Below, one piece after another: positions 34,461 through 36,954 of a stretch of 36,954 nt of DNA. The translations under genes were made by a program, and so were the position numbers. The first letter of the stretch is position 1. Each line of letters begins with the position of its first letter. A model generated the notes under the pieces. The model saw nothing but the letters and a program-made list of their open reading frames with translations, did not search any database and was not told where the DNA came from. The DNA is taken from positions 1-36,954 of the forward strand of contig QIKK01000040.1 of NCBI GenBank assembly GCA_003231925.1. Reading direction: 5' to 3'. This DNA comes from Candidatus Saccharimonadota bacterium. Lineage in GTDB: Bacteria; Patescibacteriota; Saccharimonadia; Saccharimonadales; SZUA-47.

Positions 34461-34469
34461 TGGTATAAT
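34461..34469 (+). promoter_or_regulatory. candidate extended -10 (TGgTATAAT), 6 nt upstream of ATG 34476
   Basis: Sequence tTGGTATAATttatttATG. The predicted transcription start coincides with the A of the ATG. Confidence 0.4.
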
Positions 34470-34475
34470 TTATTT

Positions 34476-34724
34476 ATGGAACCCTACAGTATTCTAGTTA
34501 TTTTTCTAAGCATAGCTTTAGCTGTTTTTCTAGTAGCAGGAACTATCACTCTAATATTAGTAATAAAGTTGCTGTCTAGTGTCAAAGAGGCCACAAGAAA
34601 CGCCAAACATGCCGTAGAGAACGTGGAGGATTTTACCTCACAATTAAAAAAAGTCGGTAAAGCAACAATAATTGGATCAACAGTGGCTCAGGTATTAAAT
34701 ATCTTTAAGAAAGAAAGGAAGTAA
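34476..34724 (+). CDS. DUF948-like small membrane protein
   Basis: N-terminal TM helix and a coiled C-terminus. It sits next to a YtxH gene, the arrangement I recall for DUF948 genes in Firmicutes. ATG 34476 is preferred because the track start (TTG 34458) overlaps the -10 box. Confidence 0.55.
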   Translation: MEPYSILVIFLSIALAVFLVAGTITLILVIKLLSSVKEATRNAKHAVENVEDFTSQLKKVGKATIIGSTVAQVLNIFKKERK

Positions 34725-34725
34725 A

Positions 34726-35133
34726 ATGTCTGATAAGGATGAAAAAAAGGGATTAGCAGTCGGCGCTGCTATTGGTGCGGTGGTTGGTGTAATCACAGGT
34801 CTATTATTTGCTCCCAAAAGTGGTAAAGATACCAGGAAAGATATTAAAACGGCAACTAGTACCGCTGTGAAAAAATGTGAGCTAGAATCAAAAAATGTCC
34901 ATCAGGAGCTTAGTAAAATTATCGAGAAGGGTGAGCTCTATGCTAAAACAGCCAGTAGGAGTGCAATTGTAAGCACTAAGAAACTTCTAGAGCAAGCCAA
35001 ACATTCCAGAGAATTACTTACGACAGTTGCGACAGCTTTTAAAAAAGGTAAAGCAGAAGATAAAGACTTAGATAAGGCAATCCAAGAAGCAAAAAAAGCT
35101 AGAGATGCTTTAAAGAAATATCTAAAAAGTTAG
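34726..35133 (+). CDS. YtxH-domain protein
   Basis: GLAVGAAIGAVVGVITGLLFAPKSGKDTRKDIK is the typical YtxH N-terminus. Confidence 0.8.
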   Translation: MSDKDEKKGLAVGAAIGAVVGVITGLLFAPKSGKDTRKDIKTATSTAVKKCELESKNVHQELSKIIEKGELYAKTASRSAIVSTKKLLEQAKHSRELLTTVATAFKKGKAEDKDLDKAIQEAKKARDALKKYLKS

Positions 35134-35183
35134 AGTTCTCCGTTATTTCATAAAAATTGTATCTGTTAGTTAGCTCTTTACGC

Positions 35184-35189
35184 TATACT
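35184..35189 (+). promoter_or_regulatory. candidate -10 TATACT, 11 nt upstream of the dnaE ATG
   Basis: Sequence cgcTATACTattaagtagatATG. No SD. Confidence 0.25.
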
Positions 35190-35200
35190 ATTAAGTAGAT

Positions 35201-36954
35201 ATGAGTTTAGAGAAAAGCGATGTGCTACAAGCAGGAGATTTTGTACATCTCCATAATCATACACACTACAGTCTGTTAGACGGTTTGCAGAAGGTTAAGC
35301 CAATGATTGCAAAAGTTAGAGAGTTAGGAATGTCTGCAGTTGCAATCACCGATCACGGTACTATGACTGGGGTGGTAGAACTATACAAAGAGGCTATATC
35401 TGCTGAGATAAACCCAGTCATTGGTATTGAGACCTACGTTTCTACAAGGAAACATACTGATAAAGAACCTGGTAAAGATAAGGCTAACTATCATTTAATC
35501 TTGCTGGCGATGAACAATACTGGCTACCATAATCTAATGCGACTAAGTACAATTGCTAATCTAGAAGGTTATTATTATAAGCCCCGTATCGATCGGCAGT
35601 TGTTAGAAGAATATAACGAGGGAATAATTGTTCTATCTGGCTGTATTGGTGGTGAGGTTGCTGACGCACTTCGCAGAGACCAATACCAGCAAGCTAAGGG
35701 TATAGCAGAGTGGTATAAAAAGATATTTGGTAATAGGTATTACATAGAATTACAAGATCATGGTAATCCTAAACACCCCAGTAAATGGAATGAGCAGGTC
35801 AGAGTCAATAAAAAACTCACTAAACTAGCAAAAGAGCTGGAGATAGAAACAGTTGTCACCTGTGATGCACATTATCTTGTCCATGAAGACAAAAAGGCTC
35901 ACGAGATACTTCTATGCGTTCAGACAGGCTCATTTCTAGATGATGAATCTAGGATGAGTTTAAAAGATTTTGATCTACATTTGACGGATCCAAAGGAAAT
36001 CATTGAAAGATGGCAAGATATTTCTCCTGAATCTGTATTAAATACAAAAAAGATTGCTGATAGGTGCAAAGTTACATTAGACCTTGGGAGAATTCTCATA
36101 CCTAAGTTTCCGTTACCGAAAGGTGTTACTGAAAAAGAACAATTAACCAAAGCGGTTTATAGAGGACTAGCCTATAGATATGGCGAACTAACTAATGTTA
36201 AGTCTAAAGATATTAGCATTGAAGATACCAAAAAAATCTTGTCTAAAGAAGTGCTGGATAGAACAGTAATGGAAATGAGAATTATTAATCAGATGAATTT
36301 CAACGGCTATTTCTTGATAATAGCAGATCTTATGAATTGGGGAAAAAAGCAGGGTATTGTCTTTGGTCCTGGTAGGGGCAGTGCGGCTGGTTCTATTATT
36401 GCCTATGCGATGGGGATAACAGAACTAGATCCACTAAAGTACGATCTACTGTTTGAACGATTTCTAAACCCTGACCGAATAAGTATGCCGGATGTAGATA
36501 TTGACATTCAAGATACTAGGCGTGATGAGGTAATCCAGTATTGTATTGATAAATATGGTGCTAATAGGGTTGCCAACATAGTAACCTTCGGAAAGATGGC
36601 TGCCAGAAACGCGATCAGAGATGTTGCGCGTGTCTTACGGGTTCCTTATGGTGACGCAGACAGATTAGCAAAAATGATACCACCACCTATTCAGGGTAGG
36701 CATACTCCACTAGAAGTTTCTTTAAAAAACAATAAAGAACTAGCAAAAGAATATAAAAGTAATGCTATCTCAAAGAAAGTTTTTGATCTAGCTATCAAGC
36801 TTGATGGCACCATTAGGAGTCATGGAGTACACGCCGCAGGTGTAGTCATAGCTCCGGACGATATCGTCAAGTATGTGCCTTTGGAAATGGCCCAGAAGGG
36901 GGTTGTAGCTACACAATATTCTAAAAGTCCAGTAGAAGAATTAGGGCTACTAAA
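35201..36954 (+). CDS. dnaE: DNA polymerase III alpha subunit, N-terminal part (3' end outside window)
   Basis: My own translation from ATG 35201 gives MSLEKSDVLQAGDFVHLHNHTHYSLLDGLQKVKPMIAKVRELGMSAVAITDHGTM (PHP domain). The frame stays open to the window end (...QYSKSPVEELGLLK). It is absent from the ORF track only because it has no stop. Confidence 0.95.
   Translation, partial: MSLEKSDVLQAGDFVHLHNHTHYSLLDGLQKVKPMIAKVRELGMSAVAITDHGTMTGVVELYKEAISAEINPVIGIETYVSTRKHTDKEPGKDKANYHLILLAMNNTGYHNLMRLSTIANLEGYYYKPRIDRQLLEEYNEGIIVLSGCIGGEVADALRRDQYQQAKGIAEWYKKIFGNRYYIELQDHGNPKHPSKWNEQVRVNKKLTKLAKELEIETVVTCDAHYLVHEDKKAHEILLCVQTGSFLDDESRMSLKDFDLHLTDPKEIIERWQDISPESVLNTKKIADRCKVTLDLGRILIPKFPLPKGVTEKEQLTKAVYRGLAYRYGELTNVKSKDISIEDTKKILSKEVLDRTVMEMRIINQMNFNGYFLIIADLMNWGKKQGIVFGPGRGSAAGSIIAYAMGITELDPLKYDLLFERFLNPDRISMPDVDIDIQDTRRDEVIQYCIDKYGANRVANIVTFGKMAARNAIRDVARVLRVPYGDADRLAKMIPPPIQGRHTPLEVSLKNNKELAKEYKSNAISKKVFDLAIKLDGTIRSHGVHAAGVVIAPDDIVKYVPLEMAQKGVVATQYSKSPVEELGLL

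Noticed and set aside
27262-36150. Further nested ORFs: 27262-27522, 28084-28302, 30216-30449, 30581-30799, 31520-31867 and 35920-36150.
   Set aside because: They lie inside uvrB, gatA, the gatA-gatB ORF or dnaE, antisense or out of frame, with no independent support.
1-36954. Alternative genetic code (UGA recoding, as in some candidate-phyla lineages).
   Set aside because: TGA terminates several full-length or tightly coupled ORFs (5918-5920, 6596-6598, 6841-6843, 31636-31638, 32046-32048), and the conserved proteins have normal lengths. The standard bacterial code fits.
1-36954. Mobile elements, prophage, defence islands, toxin-antitoxin pairs or diversity-generating retroelements.
   Set aside because: I recognised no transposase, integrase, reverse transcriptase, nuclease/ATPase defence architecture or template/variable repeat pair. 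The small ORF pair at 5281-5920 has no recognisable toxin or antitoxin fold, so I make no TA call.

Overview
AT-rich bacterial chromosomal window, standard genetic code (TGA is used as a stop several times), almost wall-to-wall housekeeping genes, mostly on the + strand. The gene content suggests a reduced-genome bacterium, possibly Patescibacteria/CPR (Saccharibacteria-like): split transketolase, many tiny or overlapping intergenic gaps, DUF2207/YtxH/DUF948 envelope proteins, and a sugar-phosphate supercluster. This lineage call is inference only. Order: rmuC (5' truncated by the window edge), GH63-like glycosidase, yajQ, FMN reductase, DUF2207-like membrane protein, pheS, four small inserted ORFs, pheT, DUF2207 protein, SAM-I riboswitch plus metK, ABC exporter, FKBP isomerase, glutaredoxin-like protein, Grx-TrxR fusion, GDPD, ppa, Nudix, gap, rpiB, rpe, tkt N-half, tandem repeat, tkt C-half, fba, PfkB kinase, 399-aa unknown, LOG/TIGR00725-like protein, uvrB, membrane-anchored unknown, gatC, gatA, small membrane ORF, gatB, galU, DUF948-like, YtxH, and dnaE (3' truncated by the window edge; not in the ORF track because it has no stop). 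I found no rRNA, tRNA, CRISPR array, transposase, integrase or recognisable defence genes. I cannot point to a clearly novel multi-gene system. The least explained signal is a pair of 100 percent identical 85-nt hairpin-forming repeats between the two transketolase halves, traversed by an SD-led bridging ORF. Other points worth a second look: (1) three heteromeric-enzyme operons (pheST, tktNC, gatCAB) are each interrupted by extra sequence; (2) many genes have a -10 box only 6-9 nt from the ATG, suggesting leaderless mRNAs, including a 22-nt divergent spacer with a palindromic shared -10; (3) a gap-rpiB-rpe-tkt-fba-pfkB cluster has no transaldolase in the window; (4) an internally deleted SDR relic lies just upstream of pheT. 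All protein calls come from motif recognition by eye, not from database searches.
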